A DNA stretch of 64,000 bases from Phoronis australis (Eukaryota > Animalia > Phoronida), in contig NMRA01000823.1 of NCBI GenBank assembly GCA_002633005.1, positions 1 through 64,000 of the forward strand. Reading direction: 5' to 3'. Shown piece after piece: positions 38,829 to 50,386 of the stretch; the stretch's first letter is position 1, and each line of letters opens with the position of its first letter. A model generated the notes under the pieces. That model was not told the DNA's origin. It worked only from the letters and a program-made list of their open reading frames with translations, and made no database searches. The position numbers and the translations under genes were made by a program.

Positions 38829-39402
38829 CTCGCTGGTTCCCTGCGTGCTTACCCCAGCCAGCACGCAGGTATCACGCAGTGGCACGCGCTTTAGCATTGG
38901 TCGATGTAATCTTGGCAGTCATTGGTTAGCTTTACAACACCGTGAAAAAAATGGCAGACTGTGAATGATTTTAGCCTTGTCATGCAAGTGGCGTCGCAGC
39001 AACTATTTCGTTTGTGCAGTTATGTTTAATAGCCGCGTGCTTGAAGCACATACATGCACAATAAACGCATATTACGGTGTGTTATTCATACTGTATAAAG
39101 ACACTATCGTAAACAAAAGTCATCGACAGTAGAAAGATGCACTCCGAAAAGGCTCAATCACAATTTCTAGGCTTCACATTTCCTGAACATAATTTTAAGC
39201 ACCGGTTTGTCTGTACAACAGACCACAATTACACTTCAGTCCATCAGCCATGCCAGTTTGTTTGCGCAAAGCGCTGCCTGTTGACGAATCGACTAGCCAA
39301 TCAGAAACGCCGGTGTAAAAAAATTTACAGAGGAAATTTAAGTGATACCTGCGTGCTGGCGCGGCTACCGCCCCACCTAGCGGCACGCAGGGAACCAGCG
39401 AG
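38829..39402. mobile_element. Non-autonomous TIR element, possibly Academ-like
   Basis: Perfect 20-bp inverted ends ctcgctggttccctgcgtgc / gcacgcagggaaccagcgag, plus an inner inverted pair ccagcacgcaggtatcac / gtgatacctgcgtgctgg. Confidence 0.75.
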
Positions 39403-40778
39403 ANCAATTGGATAAATGCCAATTCCCATTAAAAAGTTATTAGTTGCTAAAATTCTGCGTGCAATTTTCATTTGAAACATTTCAAGTCTAACACTTCAAA
39501 AAAAACAGAAGTTTGGAAACAGAAATTCTATTCCGTCAATGACCTTTGCAAAACCAAAAGCATTTTCCGATTTTCAAACCTAGTGGTTTTTGAAACAAAG
39601 TTGCCGAGAAACATCATTGTACATCACGACTAGAATTCGAATTTTTCACCAAAAATTTCCAAAGCAGTGGGATAATTGGTTGAGATACATTTGCATTCGA
39701 AAAGTTATACTTTTGAAAATTGACTTCAGGCAAGTTTGCAATCCACAATTGAGTGTAAAAAAGTTTAAAACCAAATCTGTCTGCAAAACTGTTATATGAC
39801 AGGAAATTCGTGTTTTCGTCAAAAACAATCACATAAATGTCTCGCACTTTTTTCAGTCCAAGTAGGGTAAAATATTGGTTTTCCTCCCCTCTGAATCTTT
39901 GTAATGTGCCATAAAGGAAGGGGCAGGCCATAAAGGAAGGGATTGTATCCTGTCCTCTTCTTTGACCTCGTTTAATATCGAAACGAACTCGATTGTTGAA
40001 ACAAACACATCCTATTAAAAAGCATTCTCTGTGGACTGGGGTAATGCTTAAAAGTAGTTTCTCCCTTAGAAAATCGTTTCAAAGTCAATTAGACGTAAAC
40101 CGCGTGAAATATCTCTCCAAGCCGAATTTTTTTGTCCATCTATAACCTTTTTTAACCATGTTACTAACTTTAAGACCTTTAAAAAAGAAACTAAATGAAC
40201 CATGTTGAGAGCACAATTTCACAATTCTGAACCATAAACTGATGCTTTTGTTTTTTGAAACAATATTTGAGAAACCTCTATTTTCATTAGTTTATCGTGA
40301 AACTTTCTTTTTTGCAGCAGAAAGTGTCATAGGAATTGTCCTAATGGTGTTCAAAAGAACACTTTATTTATCAATGATCATGGGCAAACCCGTTAATATC
40401 CGTCAGTAATTCTTCACTAAAATCTTCCTTTTTGTATGACAGAGAGAGGAATACTGCTCAATATTACCGATGATCATATTTCTAAGTTTGGTTATTTAAT
40501 ACTCATCTTCCAACAGAAAATTAGTAAATCGCCAGAAATCTTTTGTATTTGGTCATTTCCTACTGCAAGCCTGCAAAATCAGCTTGTGGGACCACAGAAT
40601 CAGTTTCTCCGTTACAGTAAAACAGAGACACCCCTGAAAAAATCGGAAATATCCAGAAGTTCATGAAAATTACCTCTATAATTAAATAAATGTTACCCTA
40701 ACCGCATTACGTAATATTTTTAAATTAAAATTACCAACGTGCCTGTTATTCAGTACTTTATTTCATTTTGTAAAATAG

Positions 40779-42703
40779 ATAGAGTTGAGCAAGCAAGTGA
40801 CCCGTGACCAACTTCGTCGCATGGTAGAGTGTTGTACGGTCTGCGTCCAAAATTCAAAACTCCTTATCGTTACTCATTCTCCAAGAACTGTTTAGACTAA
40901 CATATCACAGAGAACCTAGCCATGCTTCCTCGTACCACGTGGAAGGCCAAGATTGTTGATTCATCAGTTACTGTCCCAAAGGACGCGGCAGGTTTTAAGA
41001 AAAACATAGTTGTGACCCTTGTGAAAACGACGGTCGTCACGTGCAACCTGTTTCAATGTGCACCCAGTGTCAGGAACAATTGTGTCGAGAGTGTACACTA
41101 GGGCACCGCCGATTTACAAAGAATCACTTAGTGGTACAGGTAGGTTTAGAAGAACTAGATTACGATGACATTCGGCTTGAGCAGAAAGTGCATTGCCGTA
41201 TTCACCACAACGAAGTTCTGACAATCTACTGTGAACAGTGTGAGATATCTGTGTGTTCACTTTGCCTTACATTTAGCCATAATCAACACAACGCTACAGA
41301 TTTAAGAGAAGCGGCAGAAAGTGCCAGTGACGTAATGTGCGGTTTGTTAAAGGAGTGGAAAGTTGTTACGTAACATTGTGAAATTTGGCGCGAGAAAGAA
41401 AGAGAAATACTTCAAAATCTTCAACAGCAGAAGGAGGCTTGTAAGAGAGAGATTAAACAACTCTATAGCGATTTTCTTGCAGAAAGCAGATGCCAAGTCA
41501 AGGTTAATGAAGAGAAGGCTATTGCTGAGTTGGATGAACAAGTAGAGGCAGCGAGAAAACAAGCGCAAACTGCTTTTCACGCGGCTGAACTGAACAGGGT
41601 TAAGTTTGATAACGTGATGCAGTGCGTGAATTCCATTCTTACACGGGAACGAGATGCTGAGAAGCTTCGTCGATTTAAACAATTAAATTAAGTCACGTTT
41701 TAAGAATTTGAACGTTGGACGCATAGACACATACAGGTGTATTTCAAAGAACCAGTGATTGAATGGTATCCTCAGAAATTTGCAGTTCCACATTTAAGCG
41801 CAAATATCGTTACAAGAGCAGAGGATAAACGCATTTCATCCAAATTTTGTCAGCGTAAATCACTTGTCCATGTTCTAACTCCTCAACCGGCTGTTAAATG
41901 TGCTGAACTTGAGGGGAAATTTAACAGTGTGCTTGAGGGGAAAGGGGGAGGGTGGTGTGAGGGACTGGCATTGGGTGATGGTGTGTTGATTACTACAGAC
42001 AGTAAGAACAAAAACGTCAGGTTGTTTCCCAAAGGTGACTTCAAAATAGCATTTATGTTAAACCCCACCCAGCACCAACTGCAAGATCCCAAGGATGTGA
42101 CGTGTAATGGACGTGGTGAGATCTATATCACAGACCTTGGCATTCACGGTGTTGTCAAGTATGACGCCGCGGGTCGTGTGATGAAGGTCTATCCGGATTT
42201 GTATGAAGGTGCGGGGTTTATTACACGTCACAAAGATCAGATGGTAGTGGCGGATACAGACAATGGACGGGTGATGTTCACTGACAATGATTTTAAGGTT
42301 CATCACCAAATAGACTCCCGCTCCCTGGGACTGACTGAGTTCTCACCACACTATATATGTGTGGATGAGAACTCTGGACATCTGGTGGTGAGCCAGTTCA
42401 ACTGAACCCCCATGTGTGTACGTGATTGACCACACACAGCCGGCCGTTATACACACATTCAGTGATGAATTGGGGGGGCCGCACGGTGTGTCTGTGTGGA
42501 CCAGTTCGGCTACATTCTTGTACATAGCTGACTGGTTCCACAATCACCGTGTAATTCTATTGACCCCTGCACATACACAAGTGCTCACCGCAGAGGGCGA
42601 CGACTGTTGTCCTACAGCCATATGTACATCAGGCCCAGGGCGGGTGTTTGTCTTGGACATGGACGGTGATGTAAAGCTATTTAAATACCTTGATTTGACT
42701 TAA
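40779..42703 (+). pseudogene. TRIM-NHL (TRIM2/3/71-like) pseudogene: RING remnant, B-box1, B-box2, coiled coil, NHL repeats
   Basis: Probable start codon decayed to ATA (40779) right after an acceptor-like tag. RING is broken. B-box1 CDPC...CTQCQEQLCRECTLGH...H and B-box2 CRIH...YCEQCEISVCSLC...H..H are present. One frame runs ~41008-42400 with TAA at 41371, 41689 and 41701. A +1 frameshift at ~42400 joins the 42416-42703 NHL segment (PKDV..IYITD, PHGV..LYIADW). Confidence 0.85.
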
Positions 42704-42920
42704 TTTGTTAAAACTAAACAATGAACTGGTTGACTGAAGGCCTGGGTTGATGTTTTGATAAAAATTGTTTGTGAAACCATCTGAGTTTACACTGTGGAGG
42801 ATCAGACGCCAGCCAGCCTGCGTATGCACAAAACTAATTACACAAACCAGATGGGATAAAATGGTTGATCACAGGCTATTGTATCTGAAGGCTTAGACAT
42901 TTTTTTTGATCATTTAAAAT

Positions 42921-42982
42921 GTTGGCTCAGGTTTTGATCTTCGGACTTCCGTTTGGGAGACTGGGGTTCAAATCTTGCCTCC
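42921..42982 (+). mobile_element. Degenerate tRNA-derived SINE head
   Basis: A-box-like tggctcagg and B-box-like ggttcaaatct at tRNA-like spacing. No intact cloverleaf seen. Confidence 0.4.
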
Positions 42983-44316
42983 TACTTCCGTGTGTAAGCT
43001 AGAGAATAAATGAGAACCAGGATATGATGAAAAAGCGATTTCTGAGGCTTTGATCATATTTTTTAGTAATTTAAATGTTCTCAGGCTGATGAATACATAA
43101 GGTTTGTGATTTCAATCCTGCTCAATACTTGTATTTTTTCGCGGATTTGGATGCACGAAATACAGAGAATAGGACACAGCAATGTTTTTTAACTAGGACA
43201 ATGTGTTGATCCACTTTGTGTCATTTTCACAAAAGACGTCGCTGTAGTCGGCTACTAAACGCTAGTATAGTAAATTGCTTCACGTTTTCTTCATGTGACG
43301 ATTTTAAAGCTACATTTAGCGTATTTCCTGTTGCTTCTTCAACTTTTAAACCTTTTTAATTCGTCAAAATACACGTATCGTGAAGCGTCCGTCTTTTCTG
43401 GCTGCAGTCAAAACGGTTGAATTTGCCAGTGACGGATTTACCATTTTGACGGGGTTTACTCGTTTAGTTTCTCCACAAGAATAAGGAACAAAACGTTTTG
43501 CTAGAGAGGTTACTTATATCGCTAGGTTCCCCTATGGCCTAGATTCGCGTACTCCACTCTCCTGAGTCCCTGTGCCGGATTCCATCTTTTGGAGCGCACC
43601 AAACAACGTTGTAAATTGGAATTTATAAAACAACTGGGACCATTTTTCCAAAAATAGTTGGATGTTGTAGATTGGCTACTTGGAGACAGCGATGATAGAT
43701 CCAATGACGTAGCGACGATGGATAAAGGTGTAAAACTAATGTCAAAAGATGTGTATTGGTAGCCACAGAACTGTTGGGTGACACATGCTTATATAATGAA
43801 CGCAAACTAAAGGAGTGACCTTTTAACTCAAACTCACAGATTGGAGAAATAATTTCCATCACAAACCTCAAATTTCAATTTATTAATAGTTTAATACCTT
43901 CCGAAAAGATAAGACGAGGAAAAAACAATTAATATCAGAATTTTAACTTCGTTTACCTTTTCGATTTTTGATTATTTGTAAATGCAGAAATGATGTACAC
44001 AATCATTATTAGCACGATAACGAGTCTTGGAATGTACAAGAACAACTTTAAGTTGCACGAATCAGTTGAGCAAATTAAGGTCTGACACTAAGAATATTTA
44101 AATAAATATCATAAATGGATTTGTATTGATAATGGTACCGTCACGCACACCGATCCAAAGTTCGTCTGGGAAACGCTGTCAATCATCGCTATGATAACAA
44201 ACGTAAAAATGTGGACGGGGTCGATGAAAGAGGGGTTATTCGGTACAAATGAATTTCACAGTTGCGTCTTGTGACTGGGCTAGCTTTTCCTTCTAGTTCT
44301 CGTCCCTACAGACATC

Positions 44317-44420
44317 TTGCCCTCACAGGCAAAGCGGGAACCGTTTTCATCACAGGCAAAGCGGGGACTTTGCCTTCACTGGCAAAACGGGAAAGTTACC
44401 GTCATTAGCAAAGTGGGGGT
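44317..44420 (+). repeat. Minisatellite, ~27-bp unit, 4 copies
   Basis: tcacaggcaaagcggg, tcacaggcaaagcggg, tcactggcaaaacggg, tcattagcaaagtggg. Confidence 0.8.
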
Positions 44421-45881
44421 AAGCGTTGTGTTGGCATGCAAGGCACACCTGATCAGGTTGATAATGTACAGTGGACTATGATATCCACATTTTCACCATT
44501 GTGGTGAGCTAGCAAGCGGAATCTTGTTGTATTAACTGAACAACCTGGAAAAGCAATCTGGACAATCCATATAATAGTTGTGATTCTTGATACAAACATT
44601 AGAACTCCATGACGTAACGCTATTGTTCAGATTCTTATCAATCTTACGATAAGTGTTACCAGACTAATTGCGAAGAGTACAATTCATTGTAGATTAATAT
44701 TTCACATGCATTGTTTAAAGTAAACATTTTCAGTACTTCGCTGCCAAAAAATCTCGCTAGTTTTCTGTGTGTCCCCTTTGGAGAATCCCCCTAGCGGACA
44801 CGTACCGAACCAGTGAGCAAAAAGTGGATTAAGTCACACATTTCTCGACATTGTTCTCAGGCCTACGTACATGCATGAGAATCTGTAATTTGTAAGATTT
44901 TACGATGAACTGCAGAACGCATTAAATACCAATAAGATAACCTAGAAAAGTGAATTGAGATTTCATCTCGAAGATTAATTTAAAAAGAAAGGTGGTCTTT
45001 GGTATCATTAGGCTATTTGCCATGTCTGTGCATTCGTTTTTGCTAAACTTCCTGTTCAATATGACATAAACATGGACAGATAAGTACATTATTTACAAAA
45101 TCGACCATGTATTTCTGTGTGTTTTCTACTTTCAGAAAATATCAGACATTCTAAGGTTCTGAATATCTGTTGCAGTTACATATCGGATGATATTTTCCAG
45201 CCTGACGCACTGTGAACACTCGAGATACGAGTCTTGCATGTTAATCGCTTCGCTATGCATGTAGACGGCAATATGCTAGGGATGTCGCCGCTGCTCGGAA
45301 AGCGATAGAGAAAGCGACTATAGTGTAGGGTGATCGATATAATTTCATATTCAGTAATCTATTTTGCAATCAGAGAACCGTGGAATATGATTTGTAAAGC
45401 ACAAGTTATAAGATAAACACTTTCGAGTAACCAACTATTCGCACGGATAACCACACCTGGCTACACTGATATTTCTGGTCTCCAATTCGATACATGTACA
45501 TTGATTTTTAGAACATTGTACCAAATCGTGAAATTACCAAAATTTTGGTCAAAATTATGACTTCCTCTTTTAAGGACTTGCAATTCAATTCCAGTCTCTT
45601 TCGCAATTTCCGACACAGTAAAGTCGACGAAAATTTCGACGAGATTTCGCCATTTAAAAAATGCCTCCCTTGGAAAAAATTCCTAACCCGGCTTATATTT
45701 GACGAAAACCAACTTAAATTGATTTTACCGAGGTTACTGTTACGTAATTCCACCACTTTCGTGGCGAAGAGGAAGGTTGCGTGGTAGCCTACGGGAAGTC
45801 ACGATCATCATATCGCAAGTTTCCGTAATTACGTCGCCTCCGAAAATGTGCCAAAACAACATTTAAAATCGCTTTGTTTAA

Positions 45882-47800
45882 AAGAGAATGCCACCCAAAA
45901 ATAACCTATTTTGTATCAATTTAGACCGAGTAGTTATACTTGTTACCTGACACCTGAAAGCAGACGAAGGCGTTGAAATTAACCAATGACGTCAGAGGTT
46001 CGAACGCAGTCTGTTCAGCAGTTCACAACACACTTACTGGTGTCAGCTTTTCGCTTACATTCGTCGTTTGACACCAACAAATCAACACTATTCGATAAAA
46101 AAAACTTACAAATACATCGAGTTATTGAACAACGTGTTGTTTTATCTCGCTGTTACGGATGTTTTGGAATTTGTACGTACCGTAGCAGAGTTCCGTAGGC
46201 CAATTTACCGAGGTTGGTCGCGGGAGTTTGGGGTTCGATGAGAACTTCGAATTATTCGTCCGTGAAATACTGACAGGAGAACATAGCTATGTGTTGTAAA
46301 CACAAAACGAAACCCGATCACGCCCATCGCGGCCGGACTGAAGACAGAACGAACATAAACCAGCCAAAGTTGGAAACTAAATTTCCAGTCACGAAAAGAC
46401 TACACTAGTGAGCCAAAGAAATAATGTGCAAGCGAATGTTTTAGTGAATTATACATGTAGCAGCGAAACTGCAAATCTACTTACTAGCTCGTCGGGGGCC
46501 GGCCACGAAATCGGGTTACCCTTCCACAGAACCGTCATGGCAAAGTTGTACAGTAACAATGATTCGAATAAAGTATATGAATATCTAAATAAAGGTTCCC
46601 CTAACATCTGACCATAGCATATAAAATCAGTTATTGTTTCACCACAGCTTTCTGTCAGCAAACACTGAATTAGCATGCTCTCGCACGTACATGTACGGCC
46701 TCGGTGCATAAAAGCTGGTAACGCAGTGTTTTATTCATTGCTAGCTTCTCAAAACATTTGCGCTCAACACACCAAGGCATTAAAAGTTGTATCTAAGGAG
46801 ACAGATTTTTTCAGTTTTATATAAGCATTGGTTAGGGTGAGAATAATTCATTTTGAAACAGAACGTACAATAATAAACATCAAAATCTGTGGCAACTCGC
46901 AATCCCGACTTAGACGATTGCTCACCCGACGAAGACTTCACAGGTCGATCGTTATAGGTTTCACAGGCTGTCAGTTCGAACCGGAATAAGCTCCGTGAAC
47001 GTGCACAAACAACGGAACACATGAATGATGACTTGTCATGGTGTCACAATAATTCCGAAAGTGAAACACCTTCTTGGAGAAGAGCAGAATGATTTGTCTC
47101 ACAGACCCTCCTGATTTTGCACCGTGTCTAAGGTTTGCTCACGTTTTTTTTGCGAAAACGTCCTACACCCAGAGGAGTCAGTCATAAAACAGGTTATGTA
47201 AAACGTTATGTTCTCAGGCCATGAATTAACTGTAATTGTTTATACGTTTTCATGGCCTACTACAATTCTCCATAATCAAAAACTTATCAACAACCAAACC
47301 GCGTTTCTTTGTCTCCTGCCTGTCGAACGCAAACACACTAGGCACAACATCTGACTTCAGCCTTAGTCTCTTTTTTCTGCCCTGGCATCAGCTGTTTGAT
47401 AAGCTGGCATTCGATCGTCAGTGAAATCACCGTCGAGGAAATGCCGACCACTGACATACGCGAGAATTTCACGGCTTCATATTTGGTATTAATGGCGTAC
47501 TTTTTATTCCTTACTACCGCGAGCCACTTCCGAAGCATTATGGACTTTCGAGAAAATCGAAAAAACGATACACCCGCTTTCCTGGCAGCTTGATAGTTCG
47601 CACAAACGGCATCGATACACCACACCGTAGCGTCACCCACTCTGCAGAAGAACCACTGACGTCTCTGCGTCGTTTCCCACCTTCCTCACAGATTAACGCG
47701 ACACCTCTCTCAGCGAGGTATGACCGACGGTATACGAGATGACGTGGATATAGATCGATTAATTTATTAAAAAACTAATTAAATCGGGTGGTATTATCCT
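45882..47800 (-). mobile_element. Decayed Kolobok-like transposon with a THAP remnant
   Basis: TTAA at 45878-45881 and 47801-47804. TIR aagagaatgccaccc / gggtggtattatcct (12 of 15 match). The - strand has THAP WCIDAVCAN...GVSFFRF...LRKWLAVVR (~47500-47640). The + strand has ENIAMCC and RNRVTLP remnants resembling the Kolobok accessory (KolX) protein. Confidence 0.65.
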
Positions 47801-48575
47801 TTAAGTTAATATCTTCACCTAAACGTCTAAGGTGGGTCCAAACACACGGCAGGGTGAAACTTGCCAGAAAATAGAAGATCCGCACTTTTGGATGACCCTT
47901 TAGCCCGTGCAATCGGTTTGTGCTGGGCTGCAGTGATGATGGGGCCGATGCTTTAAAACAGTACTATTCTGGATTTAAATACACTTCCTGCATTTTTCTT
48001 AAAACAAAGATTCATCAACTCGCACAGTATATTTGCAACCAATGGCAATACAATGTACAACCTTTCCATCGCAACCTCAGTTCACCCTAGGATTGAGATA
48101 GCATTGGGTTAAGCAACACGAAATTATTAATGCAAGATGAGAGCGCCCGTGTTTTCGTATGTGGAACCGTTTTACGCCAACAATTTTAGAACGCATTGTG
48201 TTAGCTCTTCTATTAAATTACTGTCATAAATTAAAGAGCGTCTATTGTTTTCTGAAATTAATAAGAAACAGTTGTGGTTTTTTTGTATTTTTTGCATGTC
48301 TATATAATGAAACTGTTCAAACTATCGCTTGTTTCACATGAAAATTCCTTCGCACTAAGTGTTCAATTGGCCAGTTGAAAGCAAAATGGGCCAACGTGTC
48401 ATATCTTAGCAAAACATGATCTGAAAGAATAACGCGGCATTGTCAGTTCTTTGCAAACTCAGAAATCATCTACCATCTGAGCACGTTGAAACAAATGTTA
48501 TAGCCTTACCTGTTGGTCTAAATCGAACTTTTGTTCGCTAAACGGAAATGAGTTTATAGAAGATTGATGGCTTAA

Positions 48576-48920
48576 AAGGATACCAATACCCGGTTTTGGC
48601 CTATTAACAGATTCTTTCCCGCCCAGGTCTCTGAAGCGAAATAATGCTCGGTAACCCGTGACGCCCCTCAGAAGTTTGGAGAGAAATTCAAAAATTCCAA
48701 ATCTGCTAAATGGGCAACCGTGGCCTACATTTTTAGCGAATTACATGGCAACAGTGGGAAAAGACCAGCCACCAAGGACTATAGTGTCCCGTTCGTGAAA
48801 TAGGGGTATGACTTTTTAGTTGATTCCTACTTTTACCTTTCAAGATTAACGTTAATGATGCATTACCAGGTGACAGAACGAGGAGTGGTTAAAATCATCA
48901 AAACAGGGTTTAGTATCCTT
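48576..48920. mobile_element. Kolobok-like MITE, TTAA TSD
   Basis: ttaa|aaggataccaatacccggttttg ... caaaacagggtttagtatcctt|ttaa. Confidence 0.75.
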
Positions 48921-49924
48921 TTAAGTCAATACCTCAATGGGTAATTTCAGAGAAAGTTCTCAAAATGGCCTCTGTGTTCAGATATTTTGTAGGAGTGGGT
49001 GGGTGCGCGTGAGGACGTTCTGTACTTCCCAAAAGTCGTTACAGTGTTAATTTTGACAGATATTATAACGCCAGTTTGTCAAATCGCTTTATAGTTTCTT
49101 ATTCTTGACAGTACATTCCCATAAATTTATACATTGGCTGAAAACATTTTGAATAAATAACAATACAATTCACGAAGTCGCAAACTAACGTTATCAAAAC
49201 TTAAATAATAATAACTGTTACGATAAACTGGCTTGTTTGATTATAAACCTTAACAACTTAATAAGAGAGATATTGTTTTACATGTATATACAAGCAAATA
49301 AAACTCGCAGGAACACAAACGCGGAATCACGTGTACCCACACAGGCAACACAGGTGATACCATCAACCAGAAATAACTTATAAATTCATTTGGGAACAAA
49401 ACCCAATTTCCTATCTGGATCTCGAACTTCTTTTCTGTTAGAGTTAAGTGCTAACTCAACATAAATGATTTCTCTATGGTTACCGAATACGTTACGGTTT
49501 TTGCATGTGGGCACATAATCTCAGTTGGCACTCAATGAGCCCGAGTTAAAGCCACGAGTTTGTACTTGAACTCTCAAGTCTGAACTCGAAATAACGAGTT
49601 TACTGCTCTAGTCCGAGGACCCGCCAAGTGCAAATTCTGAGACCACGATGTCATGTTATACTCTAATACATTATCAAGGACCCGAATGTTAAATTCTAAA
49701 ATAGTACAGAAACAACTGAGTAATTTGGAGTTGGAGCACGAGTGTACAGACTGGATCTCGAGCTTTGACTGTTGCTCCCGCATCACTCAAATCTTCTTGA
49801 ACAATTGTCGACACCAATACCTGGTTTGCCTGCTTGTTTTGATCAATAGGCAGACATGACACGTATACGTATAACGGACAACAGAAGAACGTTCACGGAT
49901 GGTCAAGCGCAGTTGAAGCCCTGA

Positions 49925-50386
49925 CTATTTGCAAACGTGGACATCCACGACTTTTTTACACGTATCACATTTTACGAAACAACACCAATGAAATTTACAG
50001 TGACACCGTTCGACCAATGTCTCCTTAAATGAGTTGTAGCCTCGCCCACAACACATAAGGACACATCCGTCCATTCCCGGGGAATCTTTGTTGCAACGTC
50101 TTCCTTTCGTTCCCAACGACCCCGTCTTACTGTCCGGTTCACAATATGTAGGCGAGGGGTCTAGATAGATAATATCTTCTTTCGTAGGTTTATTATGAGA
50201 CTTATATAACCTCTGTAGTCTTGTTCCTCTCTTATTAAATTTCACCTCCGTGGCGCTGTCGTATTTTTCCTTGAGACGAAGGCCAATGTCCCTGAAGGCC
50301 GGTAGATTCTGCCAGCACGTCTTAAGACTACATGAACCGGAAACTCCGTGACATTTGCATCCAACTTCGTCATACTTATACACGGC
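49925..50386 (-). CDS. Wnt5: Wnt-5, last coding exon
   Basis: Acceptor ttattttgttttag, phase 0. Reads [25 protein letters not shown]...[29 protein letters not shown]...[13 protein letters not shown]...VCK-TAG. Residues such as [13 protein letters not shown] and the terminal VCK fit Wnt5. Confidence 0.97.
   Translation of the reverse strand, partial: AVYKYDEVGCKCHGVSGSCSLKTCWQNLPAFRDIGLRLKEKYDSATEVKFNKRGTRLQRLYKSHNKPTKEDIIYLDPSPTYCEPDSKTGSLGTKGRRCNKDSPGMDGCVLMCCGRGYNSFKETLVERCHCKFHWCCFVKCDTCKKVVDVHVCK

Noticed and set aside
41371-41703. TAA-to-Gln recoding or readthrough making the TRIM gene functional
   Set aside because: The same locus has a frameshift, a broken RING and a lost ATG. EcKL in this window uses TAA as a normal stop.
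42921-42982. Functional tRNA gene
   Set aside because: A and B boxes are degenerate and no complete cloverleaf could be folded. Kept only as a SINE-like head.
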